Shown here one piece after another: positions 16,674 to 24,294 of a stretch of 30,642 nt of DNA. Origin of the DNA: Bacteroidota bacterium. Lineage in GTDB: Bacteria > Bacteroidota > Bacteroidia > Flavobacteriales_D > Sanyastnellaceae. The first letter of the stretch is position 1. The number at the start of each line of letters is the position of its first letter. The position numbers and the translations under genes were made by a program. Below the pieces are notes generated by a model that saw only the letters and a program-made list of their open reading frames with translations, had not been told where the DNA came from and made no database searches. The DNA lies in contig JBJOKO010000001.1 of NCBI GenBank assembly GCA_046046035.1, positions 1 to 30,642 on the forward strand, given 5' to 3'.

Positions 16674-17537
16674 CTAGCGGCCATAGAGAAGTCTTCTGAA
16701 TTTAAAATCATAATCATCTCGCCAGCCAATCAAATAGGCTGTAAGATCTTCTATGTCTAATTGATTGATATCTCTGGAAGGATAAGCCATGATATCATCT
16801 TTGAATTCTTTGTTGGCTTGAAACACATGTTTGCGTTGTCTGAATTTCATCATGCCCGGATGTAAATAGAAATCTATTGCACCGAAAAGATGTAGAATTT
16901 CATGTGCAATTACAGAGGCTCTTTTTTCTGTAATCACACAGTATTCAGGAGATTTATTATCGCCTGTGTGTATAGTTACTGAAGCATCACTTCTACTATG
17001 ATTATTGACAAAGAAAAGAAGCGCAATATTTTCAACGTTGTAAATCTGACGTAATCTCGAAACGAGTTTTTCGCGTTCTTCGATTCGCTTAATTATGGTT
17101 TTAACCGTGTCGATGGGAAGATCACGTATTATTTGTTTGGATACTTTATTTGACCAACGATCTATTTGAGGAATAAAACTGGGTTTGAAAACCAAGTTCT
17201 TCATGTTTTGATTAGGCAGATTTGATTCAATAGGTTTTATTTTATCTTCTTTATGCCAAATGGTTTTGAAATGAACGCTTTGTCCATTTTCACGAGCCTT
17301 GTTTTCGAGCCAACCAAGTGCTCTTTTCAATGAGTCTTTTGTACTATGCATGTCAAATCCCGTCCATTGTGGGAGTTGCTTTGACTCAGTAAATACGGCA
17401 TAAACAAGAACTTCACCTTTCATTTTTTTACAGACCCCGACATCTACAGTGGGCGGTGTGGCTTGATTTTTCCGCAATAAAATACCGCAGGAGGAGAGCA
17501 GAGAAATTGTAATAAATAGGAGTGAGAGTCTCTTCAT
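16674..17537 (-). CDS. Lipoprotein with zinc-metalloprotease motif (zincin/metzincin-like)
   Basis: Lipobox 'LLSSC'; 'VIAHEILHLFGAIDFY' (HExxHxxGxxD) with a downstream 'DIMAY' possible Met-turn. Confidence 0.7.
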   Translation of the reverse strand: MKRLSLLFITISLLSSCGILLRKNQATPPTVDVGVCKKMKGEVLVYAVFTESKQLPQWTGFDMHSTKDSLKRALGWLENKARENGQSVHFKTIWHKEDKIKPIESNLPNQNMKNLVFKPSFIPQIDRWSNKVSKQIIRDLPIDTVKTIIKRIEEREKLVSRLRQIYNVENIALLFFVNNHSRSDASVTIHTGDNKSPEYCVITEKRASVIAHEILHLFGAIDFYLHPGMMKFRQRKHVFQANKEFKDDIMAYPSRDINQLDIEDLTAYLIGWRDDYDFKFRRLLYGR

Positions 17538-17579
17538 CTGATTGGTTTATGTAGCAACTTATAAAAGGTAACCTACAAC

Positions 17580-18323
17580 CTACGAGCCAAAAGAGCTTAT
17601 GATTAGAAATAACAACACGATGAATAATGAAACTAGCAGAAGATAGATTCCAATTGCTGCTATAAGTCCTACGAGTAGACCGCCGATTAACCCGGCAATT
17701 GCGCTATCTGACAATAGGAAAATTATTAGGCCAACTACAATTACAACAGTGATTATACCAATGAGAAAAATGGCTCCAAGTCCTTCGAGGGCATGGCTTT
17801 TTTTGTGACCCATCAACCTTGATGTATTCTGTATTGGCAACGGTGAATTCGCCGTGGTGATGTCCGCGGGCGATGTTATTACGATGTCGCCTGGTATTAC
17901 GATATCGCCCTCTATTGCGATGTCGCCCCGCTGGGGCTTTTGGGTCTCGTCGATTTTTGCAATGTTGTCCATTGCGTTGTCATTCATTACGATATCGCCC
18001 TCTATTACGATATCGCCCCGCTGGGGCTTTTTCGGCTCGCTCTCGGCGTATTGCTCCTCCTGGACACTTTCTCGTTTTCCTACTTTCTCACTTTCACTCT
18101 TTCGCATTTCCCCGGTCCCTGAGCCTGTCGAACGGGCGGTCCCTGAGCCTGTCGAATGGGCGGTCCCTGAGCTTGTCGAATGGGCGGTCCCTGAGCCTGT
18201 CGAACGGGCGGTCCCTGAGCCTGTCGAACGGGCCACGTGATACCCCTTGAAGTACCTTCTTTTCTCGATGGTACAGCTGGATAAGGCCAAAATGAACAAT
18301 AGCAGGAGCAGTGCGTTTTTCAT
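17580..18323 (-). CDS. 'SCTIEKRRY' family lipoprotein/membrane protein, paralog 2, with in-frame repeat-derived linker
   Basis: Start set to ATG 18323 ([30 protein letters not shown]), then (ARSTGSGT)x5, two KPQRGDI units, and 2-3 C-terminal TM segments. Confidence 0.75.
   Translation of the reverse strand: MKNALLLLLFILALSSCTIEKRRYFKGYHVARSTGSGTARSTGSGTAHSTSSGTAHSTGSGTARSTGSGTGEMRKSESEKVGKRESVQEEQYAESEPKKPQRGDIVIEGDIVMNDNAMDNIAKIDETQKPQRGDIAIEGDIVIPGDIVITSPADITTANSPLPIQNTSRLMGHKKSHALEGLGAIFLIGIITVVIVVGLIIFLLSDSAIAGLIGGLLVGLIAAIGIYLLLVSLFIVLLFLIISSFGS
17896..18031. repeat. 46-bp direct repeat pair (17896-17941 / 17986-18031) containing the palindrome GCCCC-GCT-GGGGC
   Basis: 44/46 identical and 90 bp apart; encodes KPQRGDI(V/A)IEGDIV twice; an 18-nt subrepeat (GDIVIx) extends to 17878. 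Confidence 0.9.
18113..18232. repeat. Tandem array of five 24-bp REP-like units (CGGTCCCTGAGCYTGTCGAAYGGG) inside a CDS
   Basis: Units start at 18113, 18137, 18161, 18185 and 18209; only two variable positions; no spacers. Confidence 0.97.
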
Positions 18324-18337
18324 ATATCGAACATACG

Positions 18338-18345
18338 TATTTTTG
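18338..18345 (+). promoter_or_regulatory. Possible -7 element (TATTTTTG) immediately upstream of the DUF2480 gene
   Basis: Exact TAnnTTTG match ending 4 nt before ATG 18350; AT-rich context makes a chance match possible. Confidence 0.4.
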
Positions 18346-18349
18346 TGCA

Positions 18350-18850
18350 ATGGATGAAATCGTAAATAAGGTTGCTAAAAGTGGTTTGGTCACATTTGAT
18401 TTTGAGGAACATTATCCGGAAGGAACACGAATGAGCCTTGATATCAAAGACCAGCTATGGATGGGAATGGCATTGAAGGAGAAGGATTTTCGTGACTTTA
18501 TTTCATCGCACGATTGGACTCAATATCAAGGAGCTTTTGTAAATGTTTTTTGTTCAGCTGATGCCATAATTCCGCATTGGGCTTTTATGCTTGTTGCCAC
18601 CAAACTAACTGGCGTGGCCAAAGAAATTTATTTCGGGACATCGGAAGAAATGGAAAAGAGCATTTTTAAAAAAGTAATTGATTCAATTAACGCAGAAGAT
18701 TTTCGCGATGTAAGGGTTGTCGTAAAAGGATGCGGGAATAAATATGTGCCTACCTCGGCCTACGCGGACCTGGCTTTCAAGCTTCAGCCTGTGGTGAAAT
18801 CACTTATGTTTGGCGAGCCGTGTTCTACGGTTCCGATTTTTAAAAAATAA
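18350..18850 (+). CDS. DUF2480 family protein
   Basis: '[25 protein letters not shown]...LKEKDFR...HDW...[13 protein letters not shown]...VVVKGC...[17 protein letters not shown]'; start set to ATG 18350. Confidence 0.88.
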   Translation: MDEIVNKVAKSGLVTFDFEEHYPEGTRMSLDIKDQLWMGMALKEKDFRDFISSHDWTQYQGAFVNVFCSADAIIPHWAFMLVATKLTGVAKEIYFGTSEEMEKSIFKKVIDSINAEDFRDVRVVVKGCGNKYVPTSAYADLAFKLQPVVKSLMFGEPCSTVPIFKK

Positions 18851-18929
18851 TTCTTCTCAATAAAATTAATTATTTGTAGAAGCTTTTATTATTTTGGTCG
18901 CAAACTTCTTGAACAATAACTATCGACCA

Positions 18930-19883
18930 ATGAAACAAGGCGCTCTATTTTTTCTATTAATCATTTCGCTTTTTTCCTGTACCATAGAAAAGAGGAGATA
19001 CTTTAAGGGGTATCACGTCGAGAGTGGGAAAATGAGGCCCTTCGACAGGCTCAGGGACAGGGGAAATGGGAGATCGACCCATTCGACAAGCTCAGGGACC
19101 GCCCCTCGATACATCTCGCCTGAGGCGAGACACTCGGGGAACGCCCGTTCGACAGGCTCGGGGAGCCCGGTTGTTGTGCGAATTGAAGAGCAAGAAGAAC
19201 CTCAAACCACAAAACAACAAACAACTGAAACCGGCAATGCGAGCACCGCAATCGAAGTCCAAAAGCCACAGAGTGGTGACAAGCCTGAGGTAGGAGATGA
19301 TGTACAGGACGACAACGAAATCAAGGCCGAGCGTACCCTTCCCCAAGTGAGTATTACAGAAACAGAAAGTGGAGTTTCACGCGGCGGTGATGTTGGTGAT
19401 TTGGCCACTATTATTTTCGGAATGCTTGCGCTTGTAGCATATGGTTTGTCGGTTCTTTTTTTAGGAGCTGCGATATTTGCTATTGATGATTTGGTATTGA
19501 CTGTTCTTCTGATGATAGGTGGTGGATTTGCTCTCGTTGGTTTGGTATTGACCATCATTTGGGCCTTGTTGAGAAGAAAGTACGCTGCACAGGGACAAAT
19601 GAGTGGTTTTGTTGGCGATCCTAGTCCTGATGTGAATAAGCCGAGGGGTCCGTGGGGATTGATTATTCCTTGTCTAATTTTTAGCGGTTTTACTGTTTTG
19701 TTTTTGCTTCAACTTGGCTCATCGACACTGGAGCTTTCAACTTTCATTGGATTATTGCTTTTAGCTGGCGCGGCGTCCATACTTGCTACTCTTTTTGGAG
19801 TGCTTGCAATAATTCGTTTGGTTCAATTGCATGATTACAAAAAAGTAAAAGAGGCTACGCCTCCTGTGCAGTATACCGAATAA
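18930..19883 (+). CDS. 'SCTIEKRRY' family lipoprotein/membrane protein, paralog 3, with REP-derived linker
   Basis: Start set to ATG 18930 ([30 protein letters not shown]), REP-derived peptides PFDRLRD/HSTSSGT/RSTGSG, an acidic linker, and about four TM segments. Confidence 0.75.
   Translation: MKQGALFFLLIISLFSCTIEKRRYFKGYHVESGKMRPFDRLRDRGNGRSTHSTSSGTAPRYISPEARHSGNARSTGSGSPVVVRIEEQEEPQTTKQQTTETGNASTAIEVQKPQSGDKPEVGDDVQDDNEIKAERTLPQVSITETESGVSRGGDVGDLATIIFGMLALVAYGLSVLFLGAAIFAIDDLVLTVLLMIGGGFALVGLVLTIIWALLRRKYAAQGQMSGFVGDPSPDVNKPRGPWGLIIPCLIFSGFTVLFLLQLGSSTLELSTFIGLLLLAGAASILATLFGVLAIIRLVQLHDYKKVKEATPPVQYTE
19038..19164. repeat. Cluster of four REP-like units inside a CDS
   Basis: CCCTTCGACAGGCTCAGGGAC (19038-19058); CCCATTCGACAAGCTCAGGGACCGCCC (19078-19104); a hairpin-expanded variant CCCCTCGATAC-ATCTCGCCTGAGGCGAGA-CACTCGGGGA (19102-19140); GCCCGTTCGACAGGCTCGGGGA (19143-19164). 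Confidence 0.9.
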
Positions 19884-19915
19884 GTTGGCGTGTGTTTTTT
19901 TCGTTTATTTGAGGA

Positions 19916-22702
19916 ATGATAACGAAGGACCACCCGAAGAAGCTTTTTTTACTCGATGCCTATGCTTTAATCTTTAGAGCTTACTACGCATTTATTCGCG
20001 CACCACGAATCAATTCAAAAGGGCTGAACACCTCAGCCATGTTCGGTTTTACGAATACTCTTCTCGACATTATTAATAATGAAAAGCCATCTCATATCGC
20101 AGTGGTTTTTGACGCACCAGAACAGACATTGCGTGAGATCGATTACGAGGCATACAAAGCAAATCGTGAAGAAACACCTGAGGACATTAAGCTTTCTGTG
20201 CCGTGGATAATGAAAATTATCGAAGGATTTAATATTCCTATTCTCATGTCACCCGGTTATGAAGCCGATGATGTCATTGGAACATTGGCTAAAAAGGCCG
20301 AACAAGAAGGCTATCTCACCTACATGATGACTAGCGACAAGGATTATGGTCAGCTTGTTAGTGAAAATATTTTTATCTATAAACCCGGTTACCAAGGCGG
20401 AAAGGCAGAGGTATTGGGTATTCCTGAGGTACTTGCAAAGTTTGATATAGAACGAGTTGATCAGGTAATTGACTTGCTCGGTATGATGGGTGATGCGGTG
20501 GATAATATCCCTGGAATCCCTGGTGTTGGGGAAAAGACAGCTGTGAAAATGCTCAAGCAGTTTGGCAGTCTTGAAGGATTGCTCGCGAATACAGATCAGT
20601 TGAAAGGCAAGCAAAAAGAGAACGTGGTGAACTTTGCTGATCAGGCAATCATGTCTAAGAAGCTAGCAACGATTTTGCTTGATGCACCAAATGATTTGGT
20701 TGAAGAAGATTTGCGCTTGACTGAATATAATAAAGATGATTTGCGCCAGCTTTTCGAAGATTTAGAATTCCGTCAATTGGCAAAGCGCGTATTGGGTGAA
20801 GAAGCAGGAAGTGCCGGAGAAGTAAAGCAAGGCAGTCTATTTGATTTAGAAACAGAAGTGCCTCCTGCTCCAGCAGTGCATACTACATTACATAATATTA
20901 ATGACGTAGCGCACAATTATATTCTTGTTGAAACAAAGGAACAACAAGAAGAATTGATTGCTCTTTTGAAAACCGAACAATCATTCTGTTTTGATACCGA
21001 GACAAGTGATCTCGAACCAATCAATGCGTTTTTAGTCGGAATGTCTTTTAGTGTGAAAGCGCACGAAGCATATTATGTTCCGGTGCCACGTGATGAGGAT
21101 GCTGCACGTACTCTTGTGGATTCATTTCGAGAAATTTTTGAAGATGAATCAAAAGAATTGATTGGGCAAAATTATAAGTACGACTATAAAATGTTGCGCA
21201 AGTATGGAGTTGATTGTCGCAACAAAGTATTTGATACCATGCTCGCGCATTATTTGATTAATCCAGACGGAAAACATGGAATGGACGTGTTGAGCGAGCA
21301 GTTTTTGGGTTACACTCCCGTTTCGATTGAGACGCTCATTGGAAAGAAAGGCAAGGATCAAGGCAGCATGGCTGATTTGAGTCCTGTTGAAATAAAGGAT
21401 TACGCAGCGGAGGACGCGGACATTACCCTTCAACTGAAAGAGAAATTTGCTCCGGAGTTGGAGAAGGGAGAGTTGAGGAAGTTATTCGATACGGTGGAGG
21501 TTCCACTTATTACTGTATTGGCGGACATGGAGTGGGAAGGGGTGAAGATTGATGAGCCATTCTTGAATGATTATTCAAATGTGCTTCAGAAAGAGATCGT
21601 GGTATTGGAGGGGGAGATTCATGAAATAGCTGGTGAGCAGTTCAATGTTGACTCGCCTAAGCAACTGGGCGCCATACTTTTTGAGAAAATGGCGATAGCT
21701 AAGGATGTAAAGAAGACTAAGACTGGACAATATGCTACAGGCGAGGATATACTTTCTAAATACGAGCACGAGCATCCAATTATTGGAAAAATTCTAGATT
21801 ATAGAGAGCTGCGTAAATTGAAATCCACTTATGTTGATTCGTTGCCTTTGTTGGTGAATAAGCATACAGGTAGGGTTCACACGAATTACATGCAGACCGT
21901 GGCGGCAACAGGTCGGTTGAGCAGTAACAATCCGAATTTGCAGAACATTCCGATTCGCACGCCTCGTGGTAAGGAAATTCGCAAAGCATTCATACCGAGA
22001 AACGAGAATTTCAAGATATTGAGCGCCGATTATTCTCAAGTAGAATTGAGGATTATCGCGGCTTTGAGTGAAGATAAGAATATGGTCGAAGCCTTTTTGG
22101 GAGGAGCAGATATTCACGCAGCGACGGCGGCGAAGGTATTTGGTGTTGCCCTAGATGCAGTTGACCGCACTATGAGAAGTAAAGCAAAAGCGGTGAATTT
22201 TGGTATAATCTACGGCCAGGGGGCGTTTGGTTTGGCTCAAAACTTAGGTATATCAAGGGGAGAGGCGAAAGAAATCATAGAATCGTACTTTACGCAGTTT
22301 AGCAATTTGAAGTCTTACCAGGCCGCTACGATAGAAATGGCGCGCAAAAAGGGCTATGTAGAAACAATTTTGGGAAGAAGAAGGTATCTTCAGGATATTA
22401 ATAGTGCCAACGCTGTGGTTAGAGGCTTTGCTGAACGAAATGCGATAAACGCACCAATTCAAGGTTCGGCTGCCGACATTATAAAAGTGGCGATGATTAA
22501 TATTAAGAAGGAGTTTGAGGAGCGTCGTTTTAAATCAAAAATGATCATGCAGGTGCATGATGAATTGGTTTTTGACGTCCATTTGGACGAGATAGAATTG
22601 GTTCAACCTGTTATTAAAGAGAAAATGATAGGTGCCGTGAGCATGATTGTGCCTCTCGAGGTTGACATGAACTATGGAGAAAATTGGCTTCAAGCTCATT
22701 AA
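19916..22702 (+). CDS. polA: DNA polymerase I
   Basis: 5'-3' exonuclease 'LLDAYALIFRAYY...GYEADDVIGT...GDAVDNIPG'; 3'-5' exo 'FDTET', 'NYKYD', 'YAAEDAD'; polymerase motifs 'ADYSQVELR', 'RSKAKAVNFGIIYG', 'QVHDEL'. Confidence 0.98.
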   Translation: MITKDHPKKLFLLDAYALIFRAYYAFIRAPRINSKGLNTSAMFGFTNTLLDIINNEKPSHIAVVFDAPEQTLREIDYEAYKANREETPEDIKLSVPWIMKIIEGFNIPILMSPGYEADDVIGTLAKKAEQEGYLTYMMTSDKDYGQLVSENIFIYKPGYQGGKAEVLGIPEVLAKFDIERVDQVIDLLGMMGDAVDNIPGIPGVGEKTAVKMLKQFGSLEGLLANTDQLKGKQKENVVNFADQAIMSKKLATILLDAPNDLVEEDLRLTEYNKDDLRQLFEDLEFRQLAKRVLGEEAGSAGEVKQGSLFDLETEVPPAPAVHTTLHNINDVAHNYILVETKEQQEELIALLKTEQSFCFDTETSDLEPINAFLVGMSFSVKAHEAYYVPVPRDEDAARTLVDSFREIFEDESKELIGQNYKYDYKMLRKYGVDCRNKVFDTMLAHYLINPDGKHGMDVLSEQFLGYTPVSIETLIGKKGKDQGSMADLSPVEIKDYAAEDADITLQLKEKFAPELEKGELRKLFDTVEVPLITVLADMEWEGVKIDEPFLNDYSNVLQKEIVVLEGEIHEIAGEQFNVDSPKQLGAILFEKMAIAKDVKKTKTGQYATGEDILSKYEHEHPIIGKILDYRELRKLKSTYVDSLPLLVNKHTGRVHTNYMQTVAATGRLSSNNPNLQNIPIRTPRGKEIRKAFIPRNENFKILSADYSQVELRIIAALSEDKNMVEAFLGGADIHAATAAKVFGVALDAVDRTMRSKAKAVNFGIIYGQGAFGLAQNLGISRGEAKEIIESYFTQFSNLKSYQAATIEMARKKGYVETILGRRRYLQDINSANAVVRGFAERNAINAPIQGSAADIIKVAMINIKKEFEERRFKSKMIMQVHDELVFDVHLDEIELVQPVIKEKMIGAVSMIVPLEVDMNYGENWLQAH

Positions 22703-22870
22703 TAGTGGGTTAATGTCCTATTTTTTACATAAGAGGTATAAAGTTGAATAAACACAACTATTTTTATAACTATTTCGGTCATGTTCGCGTAGAAACGACA
22801 TAATTCGAAATTTACAACACCCAATCAGCTAATAACTGAACTTATAATGACCACCCAAAATCAATCAATT

Positions 22871-23764
22871 ATGCGGAAACTGAAATGGATGAAGCCGGCG
22901 ATATTCGCGTTCGGCTTTGTTGCTGTCCTCTCTTCTTGTGAGACAGGCGGATCTAATTCAAACACACAGGCAGTGAAGCCTAACCTCGACTCTTTAGAGC
23001 TTGCTAAGCAGGAAGAGTTGAAGAAAATATTCTTCTCCATCCCGGCTCCTATGGAAATGGCAGCTTTGATTAAGGATGCAGGATTCAAATTTGACCCAGC
23101 GATGCTCAACAATGTTGAGAATGCATCAAAATATACTGGAGAAGTAAAGCAAGCTGTGAACCTTGGTGTTTTCGGCGCTGACTTGAGCTATTCGAGCATG
23201 TTTGATGAGAAACAAAAGAGCGTAGACTATTTGGCTGCAGCTCAGAAGTTGGCTCGTCAAATGGGCGTTGATGATGCGTTGAAGAACGACATGCTTGAGC
23301 GTTTGCAAAACAATCAAGACAGTCGCGACTCATTGTTGGCGATTGTTTCTGAGGCCTACACAGACCTTAATGGTTATTTGAAAGAGAACAACCGAGTTGA
23401 AATTTCAGCTTTGGTAATTTCTGGAGGATGGATTGAAGCGCTTTACTTGAGCACTAAATATTCTGCAGGAAATGATCAAATCAAAAAGCGTATTGCTGAA
23501 CAGAAATACTCTCTTGATGAATTGATCAAGTACTTTGATAAGTTTGGAGAAATTGAGAGCTTGAAAGAAATGAAAGCAGATCTTCTTTCTCTTCAAAAAT
23601 TGTATGGCGAAGCTACAACTACAGCACCAGGCGCAACTACTACATCTAAGGATGCTAAGGGCACTGTTGTAATTGGCAACTCTGCAAGTGTTTCACTCAG
23701 TGACGAAACTTTGAAAAAGATTGAAACCTTAGTTACTCAAATTCGTTCAAAGTACATCGCTTAA
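22871..23764 (+). CDS. Hypothetical alpha-helical lipoprotein
   Basis: Lipobox 'VLSSC'; conserved-looking blocks 'SIPAPMEMA.LIK', 'AVNLGVFGADLSY', 'ISGGWIEALY', 'IAEQKYSL'. Alternative start at 22847. Confidence 0.7.
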   Translation: MRKLKWMKPAIFAFGFVAVLSSCETGGSNSNTQAVKPNLDSLELAKQEELKKIFFSIPAPMEMAALIKDAGFKFDPAMLNNVENASKYTGEVKQAVNLGVFGADLSYSSMFDEKQKSVDYLAAAQKLARQMGVDDALKNDMLERLQNNQDSRDSLLAIVSEAYTDLNGYLKENNRVEISALVISGGWIEALYLSTKYSAGNDQIKKRIAEQKYSLDELIKYFDKFGEIESLKEMKADLLSLQKLYGEATTTAPGATTTSKDAKGTVVIGNSASVSLSDETLKKIETLVTQIRSKYIA

Positions 23765-23787
23765 CCACCCACCCAACACTAAATAGT

Positions 23788-24216
23788 ATGAAACTGATTC
23801 GATTTATACTCCCCTTGATGCTTCTTCTTCCAGTGATGGCAGATGCACAATGCCGGGCATTTACAAAGAACAAATGTCTTCCACTTTTGGATGGATATGT
23901 TCAAAATGAAAACTACAACTCTGCGGTCTTAGTACCGGGCGATGAAGCTGAGCTTTTGCTTACTTTCTATGCAGGAAAAGAATACCGAGTAGTAGTAAAC
24001 GCTCACCCAGTTCTTGGCGACGTAGAATTTGAGGTAGTTGATACCAACGACCAACAGATTTACAACAATAAGAACGCTGACAACAAGACTATTTTCGACT
24101 TTAAAATGTCGAATACACAGCAACTCATCGTTAAGGTGAGGGTTCCAAAACAAGAGGCAGCTATTCAACCGGAAGGATGTGTAACTGTTCTGGTGGGCTT
24201 CAAAGACGCTAAGTAG
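23788..24216 (+). CDS. Hypothetical secreted protein (small beta-sandwich, Cys-containing)
   Basis: Signal peptide ending 'MADAQ'; beta-rich body 'LTFYAGKEYRVVV...EFEVVD...LIVKVRVP...GCVTVLVGFK'; 23 bp downstream of the lipoprotein gene. Confidence 0.7.
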   Translation: MKLIRFILPLMLLLPVMADAQCRAFTKNKCLPLLDGYVQNENYNSAVLVPGDEAELLLTFYAGKEYRVVVNAHPVLGDVEFEVVDTNDQQIYNNKNADNKTIFDFKMSNTQQLIVKVRVPKQEAAIQPEGCVTVLVGFKDAK

Positions 24217-24244
24217 TTTTGATTAATTAGAAATTGATACAATT

Positions 24245-24276
24245 AAAAAAGGCTATCCATTTGGATAGCCTTTTTT
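24245..24276. terminator. Bidirectional intrinsic terminator between convergent transcription units
   Basis: AAAAAAGGCTATCCA-TT-TGGATAGCCTTTTTT: perfect inverted repeat with U-tracts on both strands. Confidence 0.9.
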
Positions 24277-24294
24277 GTGCTTCAATTTATTCAA

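Noticed and set aside
18113-18232. CRISPR array
   Set aside because: The 24-bp units are contiguous with no unique spacers, lie in frame inside a CDS, and no cas genes are present.
17854-18393. Overlapping ORFs 17854..18240+, 17873..18250+, 17940..18122+ and 18094..18393-
   Set aside because: Shadow frames produced by the stop-poor repeats (five of six frames of the 24-mer are open); only the lipobox-bearing frame has a credible start, signal and TM tail.
19051-19558. Overlapping ORFs 19051..19269-, 19066..19293+, 19092..19346- and 19202..19558-
   Set aside because: Same shadow effect over the REP cluster and antisense to hydrophobic coding sequence.
15766-19883. Diversity-generating retroelement acting on the paralogs
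   Set aside because: No reverse transcriptase; differences between paralog leaders are synonymous third-position changes, not adenine-specific, and no TR/VR pair is visible.
19916-22702. Intein, frameshift or inactivated proofreading domain in polA
   Set aside because: Length (928 aa) is normal and the Exo I/II/III acidic residues and polymerase motifs A/B/C are intact.
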